From sequence record DRR378314_419: a DNA stretch of 35,349 nt; one strand, written 5' to 3'. The notes under the pieces are model-generated. The model made no database searches, was not told the origin of the DNA, and was given only the letters and a program-made list of their open reading frames with translations. Numbering within the stretch: the stretch's first letter is position 1; every line of letters starts with the position of its first letter. Both the position numbers and the translations under genes were made by a program. Below, in pieces: positions 1 through 9,349 of this stretch.

Positions 1-459
1 TACCAATATCAGGGCGATCAGGATGGCCGGAAAGCTCAGTTGCAAATCGGCGATCCGCATGATCATTGTATCCACTTTGCCGCCGAAATAAGCCGCCAAC
101 AGGCCAAGTGCCCCACCGATGAACAGGGCAATCAGCGTGGAAAGGGCGCCAACGGCCAAACTGGTGCGCAGGCCATAAATAATTCCTGATAGTAAATCCC
201 GGCCCTGATCATCCGTTCCCAGCAGATAGGTCATGGATCCGGTTTCTCCCGGGGCCAGGCGGCCATCCATAAAATCAATCTGCGTAAGATCATAGGGGTT
301 TTGCGGCGTGATCCACGGGGCAAAGATGGCGGCCAGAACCAAAAGTGAAAAGACAATCAGCCCTGCGACGGCGAGTTTCTTTTCCGCAAAATCAGAGACG
401 AACCGCCGAAACGGCGTAACTGCCTTTGGTCTGGTGAGGGTTTCAGTGGTTGAGGTCAT
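1..459 (-). CDS. Peptide/nickel-family ABC transporter permease (DppC/OppC-like), runs off the left edge
   Basis: Not in the ORF track. Manual translation from the ATG at 459 (ATGA overlap with the upstream permease stop) gives MTSTTETLTRPKAVTPFRRFVSDF...APWITPQNPY...YLLGTDDQGRDLLSGIIYGLRTSL...DLQLSFPAILIAL. LGTDxxGRD is the DppC hallmark. Confidence 0.93.
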   Translation of the reverse strand, partial: MTSTTETLTRPKAVTPFRRFVSDFAEKKLAVAGLIVFSLLVLAAIFAPWITPQNPYDLTQIDFMDGRLAPGETGSMTYLLGTDDQGRDLLSGIIYGLRTSLAVGALSTLIALFIGGALGLLAAYFGGKVDTMIMRIADLQLSFPAILIALILV

Positions 460-1436
460 GAGTTGGACCCTCCCAGGCGGACGCGGGGGTCCAGCACAGA
501 ATACAGTATATCAACAATGAAATTGATAAGGATAAACATGGTCACGGTGAGCAGCAGATAAGCCACCACAACCGGCCGATCCAGATGGGAAATGCTGTCG
601 ATCAGCAGTTTACCGATCCCGGGCCAGGCAAAAACGGTTTCCGTGACAACGGCAAATGCGATCACGTTGCCAAGCTCCAGCCCGAGCACTGTAATAACCG
701 GGATCAGAATATTTTTCAGGACATGCACGCCAATAATTCGGGCATTGGACAGGCCCTTGGCTCGCGCAAACTTGATATAATCCTGCAGCAGCACTTCCTT
801 GGTGCCCGACCGCGCTAGCCGGATCACCAGTGACATCTTGAACAGGGCCAGGTTAAACGCAGGCAAAAACAGATGCGACAGCCCGTCCCAGGTCAGAAGA
901 CTGATCGGAACACCTAATACGTCAACCGTATCGCCCCGGCCCGATGCCGGCAGCCAGCCCAGACTTACAGAAAACAACATGATCAGGATTAATCCCACCC
1001 AGAAGGTTGGTAAACTGAAACCAAGGATAGAGCCCGTCATAATGGTCTTGCCGATGAAGCTGTCATCTTTCAGACCGGCAATCATGCCAAGAGGAACCCC
1101 GATCAGGATCGCCAGACCCACAGCCAGAACCGCAAGCTCCAGCGTTGCCGGAAGGCGGGCGAAAATAATCTCAAGGGCAGGGACGTTATGAACAAATGAA
1201 TTTCCAAGGTCCCCTTGCAGGGCGTTGGACATGAAAGCGCCATACTGAACCCACAAGGGTTTATCTAACCCGAGGCGCTTTATGGTTGCTTCCTGTTCGG
1301 CAATATCGGCTTCGGGGTTGATCAGAATATCAACCGGGTTACCGATCGCGTAAACACCCGCAAAGACGATTATCGACATGACAAACAGCACAACGATACT
1401 CTGCGACAGGCGTCGAATGGTAAAAGCGAGCACCAA
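456..1436 (-). CDS. Peptide/nickel-family ABC transporter permease (DppB/OppB-like)
   Basis: GLDKPLWVQY, GDLGNS, RLPATLEL, EAA-loop region DYIKFARAKGL, ETVFAWPGIG, C-terminal DPRV. Confidence 0.95.
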   Translation of the reverse strand: MVLAFTIRRLSQSIVVLFVMSIIVFAGVYAIGNPVDILINPEADIAEQEATIKRLGLDKPLWVQYGAFMSNALQGDLGNSFVHNVPALEIIFARLPATLELAVLAVGLAILIGVPLGMIAGLKDDSFIGKTIMTGSILGFSLPTFWVGLILIMLFSVSLGWLPASGRGDTVDVLGVPISLLTWDGLSHLFLPAFNLALFKMSLVIRLARSGTKEVLLQDYIKFARAKGLSNARIIGVHVLKNILIPVITVLGLELGNVIAFAVVTETVFAWPGIGKLLIDSISHLDRPVVVAYLLLTVTMFILINFIVDILYSVLDPRVRLGGSNS

Positions 1437-1452
1437 ACTCTCCTAGCTTCAG

Positions 1453-1486
1453 AAAACCGGGCCAGAGTTTCCTCTGGTCCGGTTTT
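1453..1486 (-). terminator. Intercistronic stem-loop after the SBP gene (partial terminator or mRNA stabiliser)
   Basis: Minus strand AAAACCGGACCAGAG-GAAA-CTCTGGCCCGGTTTT: one mismatch, GAAA tetraloop, short U tract. Confidence 0.7.
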
Positions 1487-1499
1487 TTACTCGGTTACT

Positions 1500-3164
1500 T
1501 TATTTTGCGCTATGGACACCTGTTGCCAGGGTGTACTGGTCTGCCCGCGCGGCATAGGTCAGGCCTTTACGATGAGCCCAGCTTGTTACCTCAAAATGCA
1601 GCGGCAGGATGGAATAATCTTCCATGGCAATCCGGCTGCCTTCCTGCAGGATAGCTTCCCGTTTGGCATCTTCCACAGTCTTCAGCGCCGTCAGGATTTT
1701 CTCATCCAGGGCTGGGTTGCTGTAGCGACCCCGGTTGGTTCCGCCCAGTCCGGTTTCCTTGCTGCGCGTTCCGACAAGTGCCCGAAGTGGATTGGACATT
1801 TCACCGGTACCGGCACCCCAACCCGCAAGATATATGGAAAATTCATACTTATTACGGGTTTTGAAGAAAACGCTCTTAGTCATTGCATTAACGGATGTTT
1901 TTACGCCAATTCGCGTGAACATCTGGGCAATGACCTGCGCGACCTTTGCATCATTGATGTAGCGATCGTTCGGTGTGCCAAGAACCAGCTCGAACCCATC
2001 TGGATACCCGGCTTCGGCCAGTAGTTTTTTGGACTCTTCCGGATCATACTCTTCGGCTTCCATTCCCGGGTTGGTTCCAAAGAACCCCTGCGGCAGCAAT
2101 TCGCCCGCAGAAACAGCAACGCCGCCCATGATTTTCTGAACAATGGCATCCCGGTTGATGGCTTTGGACAGGGCTTTACGAACCCGGATATCAAGGAACG
2201 GGTTCTTTTCGCAATCAGTTTCGGCGCAAGGGCCTTCCCCTTCATATTTGGCGTCCGCTTTACCGGTTCCCGTCACGCCATATGTGGTTGGGCCATATTG
2301 ATCCATATGCAGGTAGATCACCCGGTTGGACAGGCCTTGGGCAACACCAAATTCAGGATCGTTTTGCAGTTTTTGCAAATCCTGTGTTGGTGGGGCGGCG
2401 ATGAAATCCACATCACCGGCCAGCAGGGCTGCCATACGGGCGGCCGCATTGGTGATCGGTTTCATGGTGACAACATCCCATTCAACCGCATCGCCCCAGT
2501 AATTTTCATTTTTTTCCATGACCAGGCGGTCCCCTTTGACAAATTCCTTCAATTTATAAGGACCTGTGCCAATGGCTGCCTTGCCACTGTTGAAATCAAC
2601 GGTGCTGGGGAAGTTGGTCAGACCACAATCTTCCTTGTCATAGGTGATATCGCCGGTCACACCGGCTGCGGTTGCACTTAAGATACCCCAGTTGGCAACA
2701 TATGTCGGGATCAGTGGGGAGGGACCATCGGTTTCAATGATCAGGGTGTGCGGATCGGGTATTTTGAAATCGGAAATCGCCTTGGTGAAGCTCTCGAAAT
2801 TAGACGGGCTATTGGGAACGTTTGGAACCCGGCAGGCAGAAAAGACAACATCTCTGGCGGTGAAATCAGAACCATCATGGAACTTCACGCCTTTGCGCAG
2901 CTTGAACTCCCAGGTGGTCTCGCTGGTGGGTTTCCAGGATTCTGCCAATAACGGGAAAAGCTGCTGCTTTTCATTCTGCCCGGTCAGCGATTCAAACATA
3001 TGCCGGCGAAGGGCATTATTGGGTCCCAGGTTATGATAGTGGGGATCGATGGAGCTGGGCTCAGAATCCATTCCCATCGTAAGGTTGGCGGACTGCGCCG
3101 CGACCGGTAATGTCATTGCGATCGCGAGAGCGGATGCAGCTAGGCCAAAGTTTCTCAGTTTCAT
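1500..3164 (-). CDS. ABC transporter substrate-binding protein, family 5 (DppA/OppA-like)
   Basis: Sec signal peptide, SIDPH, PLLAESW, WEFKLRKGVKFHDG, IGTGPYK; GGAG RBS upstream. Confidence 0.95.
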   Translation of the reverse strand: MKLRNFGLAASALAIAMTLPVAAQSANLTMGMDSEPSSIDPHYHNLGPNNALRRHMFESLTGQNEKQQLFPLLAESWKPTSETTWEFKLRKGVKFHDGSDFTARDVVFSACRVPNVPNSPSNFESFTKAISDFKIPDPHTLIIETDGPSPLIPTYVANWGILSATAAGVTGDITYDKEDCGLTNFPSTVDFNSGKAAIGTGPYKLKEFVKGDRLVMEKNENYWGDAVEWDVVTMKPITNAAARMAALLAGDVDFIAAPPTQDLQKLQNDPEFGVAQGLSNRVIYLHMDQYGPTTYGVTGTGKADAKYEGEGPCAETDCEKNPFLDIRVRKALSKAINRDAIVQKIMGGVAVSAGELLPQGFFGTNPGMEAEEYDPEESKKLLAEAGYPDGFELVLGTPNDRYINDAKVAQVIAQMFTRIGVKTSVNAMTKSVFFKTRNKYEFSIYLAGWGAGTGEMSNPLRALVGTRSKETGLGGTNRGRYSNPALDEKILTALKTVEDAKREAILQEGSRIAMEDYSILPLHFEVTSWAHRKGLTYAARADQYTLATGVHSAK

Positions 3165-3346
3165 TATATTGACTCCCTGTCGTTAGAGAAAACTTTGCTT
3201 CTCCCTGTTGAAAGAAGGCTTCACGCTAGTCAGATAATCTTTTGCAAAATTGATCTGAAGAGACTGTAGACACCATATACTTATATGTATAGTCTTTTTT
3301 AAAACCTATTCATTCATGCATACAGTTGGGGCGGGAAAACAAAAAA

Positions 3347-4279
3347 ATGAAAGAAATGTCCAACGGCCTGAATTTCCGGCAACTGGAAATATTCAATTCG
3401 GTGGTCGAGGAGGGATCAACTACAAAATCGGCGGTTCGCTTAGGGATGTCTCAACCTGCGGTGAGCCGAAACATGACGCAACTGGAAAAAGATCTGGGGC
3501 TGGACCTTTTTAATCGGGAAGGCGGCCGACTGGTCCCGACAGAGGCGGCGCTACGCCTCCACGCGGCGACCAAAAAAGCCTTTACGGGAATTGAAGCTGT
3601 CGTCCTGTCCGCACGCAATAACGAAAGTCTTAAAACCGGCCATATTCAGATCGCAGCGGTTCCCAGCCTGAGCCTGAGTCTCTTGCCACATGCCATCAAG
3701 CGGTTTTTGGATGATTATCCGGATGTGAAGGTGACGATTGAAACCAGAACCAGCCGAAGCGCCATGGAAATGGTCGCCGATCAACGGGTGGATACGGCGC
3801 TTGTCTCCATGCCCATCACCCATCCCGGATTAAAAACGGAATCCCTGGGCACGCCAAAAGCGGTGTGTGTAGTGCCTGATGGCCATCCGCTGGCTGCAAA
3901 GAATGTGATCACGATCGAGGATATCAAGGACGAAAACCTTATTCCCATGTCGCGCGCCCATCATTCCCGTCACCGGCTGGAGGAACTGTTCTCTGCGGCC
4001 GGTTATATCCCCAACGTGCGGCTGGAAACTTCAACCATTGAAATGGCCTGTGTCCTGGTAGAAGAAGGGCTTGGGATTACGGTTGTCAATGAAATCACCG
4101 CAGAACGTCATCGCCGTCTTGGCGTGCAGATCCGGCCGTTCAAATATGACATGAAATATGACTATGCGTTCGCCTATCCGGCGAGCCAGCCGATCTCCGA
4201 ATTGACCCGGATTTTTGCCACCCATTTGAAAAATCATGTGGCAACCTTGATGGATCGTTCTGCCCCTCTCTCCGTTTAA
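3347..4279 (+). CDS. LysR-family transcriptional regulator
   Basis: HTH segment LGMSQPAVSRNMTQLEKDLGLDLFNR followed by a substrate-binding domain. ATG 3347 (or 3356) preferred over the TTG at 3326. Divergent from the ABC operon. Confidence 0.93.
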   Translation: MKEMSNGLNFRQLEIFNSVVEEGSTTKSAVRLGMSQPAVSRNMTQLEKDLGLDLFNREGGRLVPTEAALRLHAATKKAFTGIEAVVLSARNNESLKTGHIQIAAVPSLSLSLLPHAIKRFLDDYPDVKVTIETRTSRSAMEMVADQRVDTALVSMPITHPGLKTESLGTPKAVCVVPDGHPLAAKNVITIEDIKDENLIPMSRAHHSRHRLEELFSAAGYIPNVRLETSTIEMACVLVEEGLGITVVNEITAERHRRLGVQIRPFKYDMKYDYAFAYPASQPISELTRIFATHLKNHVATLMDRSAPLSV

Positions 4280-4296
4280 GCGTATTGGATTATGAT

Positions 4297-5265
4297 ATGA
4301 AACAAGAAGACAATCCTGATTTTAGTGTTGACCTTGTGGCGCCGGATATCAGCGCCTATCAGCAGGGAAACACCGGAATTGACCATGTCACCACACTGGA
4401 TTCCGGTGTTGACGGTCCGCATGTGATGATCAGCGCCGTTGTGCACGGAAACGAACTTTGCGGTGCGATCGCTGTTGATCATCTGTTCAAGCAAAAGGTT
4501 AAACCGCTTCGGGGTAAACTGACACTGGCGTTTATGAATGTGGCCGCCTTTCACAGTTTCAATCCCGATGATCCGACCACATCCCGGTTCGTGGATGAAG
4601 ATTTCAACCGCGTCTGGACACCCGAAATTTTGGACGGACCGCGCGACAGTGTGGAACTGAAACGCGCCCGTGAAGTTCGGCCGATCATCGAGACGGTGGA
4701 TTACCTGTTTGATATTCACTCCATGCTGATCTCTGCCGATCCGCTGATGATGGCCGGGCCCGTTGCGAAGGGGCGCGATTATGCCCGGAAAATTGGCCTG
4801 CCCAAATATGTGATTACGGATTCCGGTCACGCCAATGGCACGCGCATGCGGGACTATGTGGATTTCATCAATCCCGGATCCGACAAAAATGCCTTGCTCA
4901 TTGAATGTGGGACCCACTGGGCCAAGGAAACGGCGGATCTGGCCATCAAGTCTGTCTATCGGCTCCTTGATGTGTTCGGTATGATCCCCAAAGATCTGGC
5001 CGCGAAATTCGGCCCCGCTGCTGAAGATCTGCCCGAACAGGTATTTGTCGAGGTCAGCGGTCCCTATACAGTCGAAACCAACGAGTTTGAATATGCCGAA
5101 AATTACGAGGGGATGGAGGTTATTCACTCCAAAGGCACGGTCATTGGCTATGATGGTGACAAGCCGGTGACAACCCCTTATGACAAGGCGGTGATGGTCA
5201 TGCCCTCGCTGAACATTAAAAAAGGGCATAGCGCGGTTCGCTGGGGCAGAATTATTGACGGTTAG
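4297..5265 (+). CDS. Succinylglutamate desuccinylase/aspartoacylase (M14-like Zn deacylase) family protein
   Basis: HGNE zinc motif, DFNR, DIHS, catalytic IECG. Confidence 0.88.
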   Translation: MKQEDNPDFSVDLVAPDISAYQQGNTGIDHVTTLDSGVDGPHVMISAVVHGNELCGAIAVDHLFKQKVKPLRGKLTLAFMNVAAFHSFNPDDPTTSRFVDEDFNRVWTPEILDGPRDSVELKRAREVRPIIETVDYLFDIHSMLISADPLMMAGPVAKGRDYARKIGLPKYVITDSGHANGTRMRDYVDFINPGSDKNALLIECGTHWAKETADLAIKSVYRLLDVFGMIPKDLAAKFGPAAEDLPEQVFVEVSGPYTVETNEFEYAENYEGMEVIHSKGTVIGYDGDKPVTTPYDKAVMVMPSLNIKKGHSAVRWGRIIDG

Positions 5266-5298
5266 TCTCAGCGCCTTTTAAGATCGCTAAAGAGAGAG

Positions 5299-5331
5299 AA
5301 AGCCGGGCCGTCAGATAAGCCCGGCTTTTTT
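5299..5331 (+). terminator. Rho-independent terminator
   Basis: AAAGCCGGGC-loop-GCCCGGCTTTTTT. Confidence 0.8.
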
Positions 5332-5413
5332 ATCTGCGCTTTTATTTGCAGCCTGGCATCTCTCTCGTCTAGACTGGCGGTAATCAATAAAAATGAAAAA
5401 GAGGGGGAACATC

Positions 5414-6445
5414 ATGCCTGCATCCAAACCAGAGCTGCTCAAAGGCTCACCAGCATCACCTTATACCCGGAAAATGACGGCACTTCTGCGCTATCGGCAT
5501 ATCCCCTATCAATTGCTGCTGACCGAAGCGGATGAGCTGGAAAATCTTCCAGTCCCAAAAGTCGGGCTGCTGCCGACCTTTTATTTTGAAAAAGAGGACG
5601 GCACGCGCGAAGCAGCCGTTGACAGCACCCCGCTTATTCGCCGGTTTGAAAAAAGCTATGTCGGGCGATCCGTGCTGCCGACCGATCCGGTCGTCGCCTT
5701 TTTTGATTTTCTGCTGGAAGATTTTGCCGATGAATGGCTGACCAAAGCCATGTTCCATTATCGCTGGCATTATCAGGCGGATATTGACAGGGCAGGCGGC
5801 ACATTGCCGCGCTATCGCAGCCTGAATCCGGCCAGTGATGAAACCTTATCAAAATTGCAGGAAGAGTTTTCCAATCGCCAAATCTCCCGCCTGTATGTGG
5901 TCGGCTCGAACCCGGTTACCGCATCGGTGATCGAAGACAGCTACAGGCGCTACTTAACCGCTTTCAACGCACATCTTGAAGGGCAGATGTTCCTGTTCGG
6001 ATCACGCCCGTCTGCGGCGGATTTTGCGGCATACGGGCAATTGACCCAACTGGCCAAATTTGATCCAACCCCGGCGGCACTGACCGAACAGGTCGCCCCG
6101 CGCGTTTATGCCTGGGTCGATGTGATGGAGGATCTATCCGGTGCCCCGGCAAAAGATGATGGCTGGGTCACCGCAGATCGGATCCCGGAGAGCCTTCTGG
6201 AGATTTTGCGCGAAGTGGGCCGGGGATATGTGCCGGTGATGCTGGCCAATGCCAAAGCCCTGATGAACGGGGATGCAGAGGTCCAAACCGAGGTTGAGGG
6301 GAGGCCCTGGACGCAAAGCCCGTTTCCCTATCAGGGCAAATGCCTGCAATGGATCCGCGAACGATATTCAGATCTGGAGAAAAAAGATCAGAATTATGTC
6401 ACTGAAATCCTGGCTCAGACCGGCTGTCTGCCCTTGGTTTCCTGA
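5414..6445 (+). CDS. Long glutathione S-transferase-like protein
   Basis: N-terminal SPYTRKM and DSTP (GST N-domain), FLFGSRPSAADF (GST C-domain). GAGGGGG RBS before ATG 5414. Confidence 0.8.
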   Translation: MPASKPELLKGSPASPYTRKMTALLRYRHIPYQLLLTEADELENLPVPKVGLLPTFYFEKEDGTREAAVDSTPLIRRFEKSYVGRSVLPTDPVVAFFDFLLEDFADEWLTKAMFHYRWHYQADIDRAGGTLPRYRSLNPASDETLSKLQEEFSNRQISRLYVVGSNPVTASVIEDSYRRYLTAFNAHLEGQMFLFGSRPSAADFAAYGQLTQLAKFDPTPAALTEQVAPRVYAWVDVMEDLSGAPAKDDGWVTADRIPESLLEILREVGRGYVPVMLANAKALMNGDAEVQTEVEGRPWTQSPFPYQGKCLQWIRERYSDLEKKDQNYVTEILAQTGCLPLVS

Positions 6446-6514
6446 AGGGCAGGCTTTTTAAACTGAGCCGCCTACATATTCCCTGTGTCTTGACATCACA
6501 ATGGGATAAGCTGC

Positions 6515-6540
6515 AAGCCGGGCGCTAACCGCCCGGTTTT
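6515..6540 (+). terminator. Terminator-like hairpin between the GST-like gene and mtnA
   Basis: CCGGGCG-CTAAC-CGCCCGG followed by TTTT. Confidence 0.6.
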
Positions 6541-6560
6541 CAGGATAAGGTGCGCCGAAC

Positions 6561-7631
6561 GTGACGAACATGGACTTTCTGCCAAGGGATTTACCGCGGG
6601 CCATCCGCTGGGAGGAGGGCAAGCTGTATTTGCTCGATCAAACCCGCTTGCCCCATGACGCGGTGATGGAATGGCAACAAACGCCCGAACAGGTTTGCTC
6701 GGCGATCAAAGCGCTGAAAGTTCGCGGGGCGCCGGCTATCGGAATTGCGGCCGCTTATGGCCTTTGTGTCGGGCTCGGCCCCTTGCAGCACTCCGACAGC
6801 AATACCTATCTGGAGCAGGCCCAGAAGATCGCAACCTATCTGGATGGTGCCCGGCCGACAGCTGTTAATCTGGGTTGGGCCATGCGGCGGATGAGCGCAA
6901 AGGCCCTGTCCCTCAAAGATCAACCCGCCCCGCAAATTCACTCTGCCCTTATTGAAGAGGCGGAGGCGATCCACCGTGAAGATATTCAATTGTGCCTTGG
7001 GATGGGGCGAACTGGGGTCGATCTGATCAAGCCAGATATTGGTGTGCTCACTCATTGCAACGCGGGATCTCTGGCCACGTCAGAGCTGGGAACGGCAACT
7101 GCCCCTCTTTATATGGCGCATCAACAAGGCGTGGCGTTTCGCGTTTATGCAGATGAAACCCGCCCTCTGTTGCAGGGCGCCCGGCTGACCGCGTGGGAGC
7201 TCAAAACCGCAGGGCTGGATGTCACGCTGATTACCGATAACATGGCTGCCCATCTGATGAAGGAAGGCTTGATTGATCTGGTGATTACCGGCACCGATCG
7301 GGTCGCAGCCAACGGTGATGTCGCAAATAAAATTGGCACTTTGGGTGTTGCCATTCTGGCCCGGCATTTCGGCATTCCGTTCTATGTGGCCTGTCCCTCA
7401 TCAACTATTGATCTGGCTTGCCCGACCGGGGATCATATCCCAATTGAAGAACGCGGCGGCGAAGAGGTAACGACCCTTGGCGGGGTGCAAACGGCGCCCA
7501 TCGGCGTGAAGACGCGCAATCCCGCATTTGATGTAACACCTCATGATCTGGTGTCCGGGTTGATTACGGAAAAAGCTTTGATTACAGGCGATTATAAAGC
7601 GCAGCTCACAAATTTATTTGGTCGGGAATAG
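6561..7631 (+). CDS. mtnA: S-methyl-5-thioribose-1-phosphate isomerase
   Basis: LDQTRLP, VRGAPAIG, RPTAVNL, THCNAG, DETRPLLQGARLT, GTDR, ANKIGT, NPAFDVTP. Confidence 0.95.
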   Translation: MTNMDFLPRDLPRAIRWEEGKLYLLDQTRLPHDAVMEWQQTPEQVCSAIKALKVRGAPAIGIAAAYGLCVGLGPLQHSDSNTYLEQAQKIATYLDGARPTAVNLGWAMRRMSAKALSLKDQPAPQIHSALIEEAEAIHREDIQLCLGMGRTGVDLIKPDIGVLTHCNAGSLATSELGTATAPLYMAHQQGVAFRVYADETRPLLQGARLTAWELKTAGLDVTLITDNMAAHLMKEGLIDLVITGTDRVAANGDVANKIGTLGVAILARHFGIPFYVACPSSTIDLACPTGDHIPIEERGGEEVTTLGGVQTAPIGVKTRNPAFDVTPHDLVSGLITEKALITGDYKAQLTNLFGRE

Positions 7632-7635
7632 ATCG

Positions 7636-8292
7636 ATGTCACTGAAAGAAGATCTGCTGAAAACAGCAAAAGCCATGACAGCCGCCGGTCTCAATGAAGG
7701 GTCCGCTGGAAATGTGAGCGTTCGGTATAAGGATGGATATCTGATTACCCCAACGGGTATGGTGTATGAGGCTTGCACCCCTGATGATATGGTCTTCATG
7801 TCCCTTAAAACAGATGCCAGTCAGGGGATGCGAAAACCATCCAGTGAATGGCGTTTTCATAAAGATCTGTACCAGCTGCGCACTGAATTTGGCGCTGTTG
7901 TTCATGTGCATTCCCCTTTTGCGACCACGCTGGCCTGCCTTGGCAAAGACATTCCGCCCTTTCACTATATGATCGCCGTGGCGGGCGGTCGGGATATTCG
8001 CTGCACCCCGTATTACACGTTCGGCACCCAGGCGCTGAGCGATGCAGTGCGCGAAGCCATGACGGATCGAAAAGCCTGCCTTCTGGGCAATCATGGCATG
8101 ATTGCTGCCGGTGAAAGCCTGTCCAAAGCGTTGGCCATGGCTGTGGAAATTGAAAAACTGTGCGAGGTTTATTGGCGCACCCTGCAGGTCGGCGGTGCGC
8201 AGATCCTCAGCGACAGCCTGATGGATGAAGTGTTGGACAAGTTCAAAACCTATGGGCAGTTCGGCGATCCGGAGGATCCGCAAACCCACTAA
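7636..8292 (+). CDS. Class II aldolase (FucA/Ald2-like; probable methylthio-/5-deoxyribulose-1-phosphate aldolase)
   Basis: GNVSVR, ITPTG, PSSEWRFH, HVHS, GNHG zinc motifs; starts 4 nt after mtnA. Confidence 0.88.
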   Translation: MSLKEDLLKTAKAMTAAGLNEGSAGNVSVRYKDGYLITPTGMVYEACTPDDMVFMSLKTDASQGMRKPSSEWRFHKDLYQLRTEFGAVVHVHSPFATTLACLGKDIPPFHYMIAVAGGRDIRCTPYYTFGTQALSDAVREAMTDRKACLLGNHGMIAAGESLSKALAMAVEIEKLCEVYWRTLQVGGAQILSDSLMDEVLDKFKTYGQFGDPEDPQTH

Positions 8293-8406
8293 CCCACTAA
8301 GACCGGGGCCCGTGCCAAAATTTGAAACTTCGGTGTGGATCGAAGCATTTTGCATCTGTTCCGTGGTATCTGTCACTGCAATGTTAAAAAAAGAAAAGAT
8401 CAGGTT

Positions 8407-9318
8407 ATGACGAAAACCACATCTCCTCTCTGGGTTGAGCTTTGCTGCCTAGCGCTGTTGGCGCTACTCTGGGGCTCTTCCTATTTGTTTTTGAAAGTCG
8501 CTGTGACGGAAATTCCGCCGGTGACCCTGATCGCTTTTCGGGTAACAGGTGCGGCGCTTTTTCTGCTGCTGGTGATCGGCGTGCGGCGTGAAAGCCTGCC
8601 GCGTGATAGAAATAGCTGGAAGATGCTGCTGGTTCAGGCTTTTTTAAACAGCTTTGGCGCCTGGGTTCTGCTCGCCTGGGGACAGCAATATGTGGATAGT
8701 GCCTTGACCAGTGTTTTAAACTCCACATCGCCTATTTTTGTCTTTCTGTTCACCTTTTTCATTACCCGCCATGAAAGCACCAGTGGCCTTAAATTAAGCG
8801 GCGCGTTTCTGGGGTTGGCCGGGGTCGTGATGATTGTCGGCATGGATGCGCTGAACGGATTGGGCCAGCAGGTTGCCGGACAACTGGCCGCCATTGGCAG
8901 CGCCGCCCTTTACGGATGTGCAGCCATTTACGGAAAACGCTTTGGCTATTTGCCGGCCAGTGTGACCGCTACGGGCACCATGATCTGGTCGGCGGCCATT
9001 CTGATCCCGGCCAGTTTGATCATCGATCAACCCTGGACTTTAACGCCCAGCCTGAAGGCACTTGGCGCGGCAACGGCGCTCTCCATCCTCTGTACGGGAT
9101 GCGCCTTGCTTCTGTATTTCCGGCTGGTGAAAACCCTGGGATCACTGGGGGCAGCCAGTCAGGCTTATTTGCGCGCCGGATTTGGGGTAATGCTCGGCGT
9201 TGTCTTTCTGGGGGAGACGATTACTCCCATGATGGGGCTGGGAATTCTGGCGGCTGTCCTTGGAGTTGCGGCCATTAACTTTCCCACCGGCAAATTCAGG
9301 TTCCGAAAATCGACCTAG
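8407..9318 (+). CDS. EamA/DMT family transporter
   Basis: About 10 hydrophobic segments, LLWGSSY, two EamA repeats, FLGE near the C-terminus; ATG 8407 preferred. Confidence 0.9.
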   Translation: MTKTTSPLWVELCCLALLALLWGSSYLFLKVAVTEIPPVTLIAFRVTGAALFLLLVIGVRRESLPRDRNSWKMLLVQAFLNSFGAWVLLAWGQQYVDSALTSVLNSTSPIFVFLFTFFITRHESTSGLKLSGAFLGLAGVVMIVGMDALNGLGQQVAGQLAAIGSAALYGCAAIYGKRFGYLPASVTATGTMIWSAAILIPASLIIDQPWTLTPSLKALGAATALSILCTGCALLLYFRLVKTLGSLGAASQAYLRAGFGVMLGVVFLGETITPMMGLGILAAVLGVAAINFPTGKFRFRKST

Positions 9319-9349
9319 CCGCCCCTTCGGCGACCTGGCTGGTCCGTGT

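Noticed and set aside
4276-5229. 317-aa minus-strand ORF
   Set aside because: Antisense shadow of the deacylase; no recognisable motifs
7639-8376. 245-aa minus-strand ORF
   Set aside because: Antisense shadow of the class II aldolase
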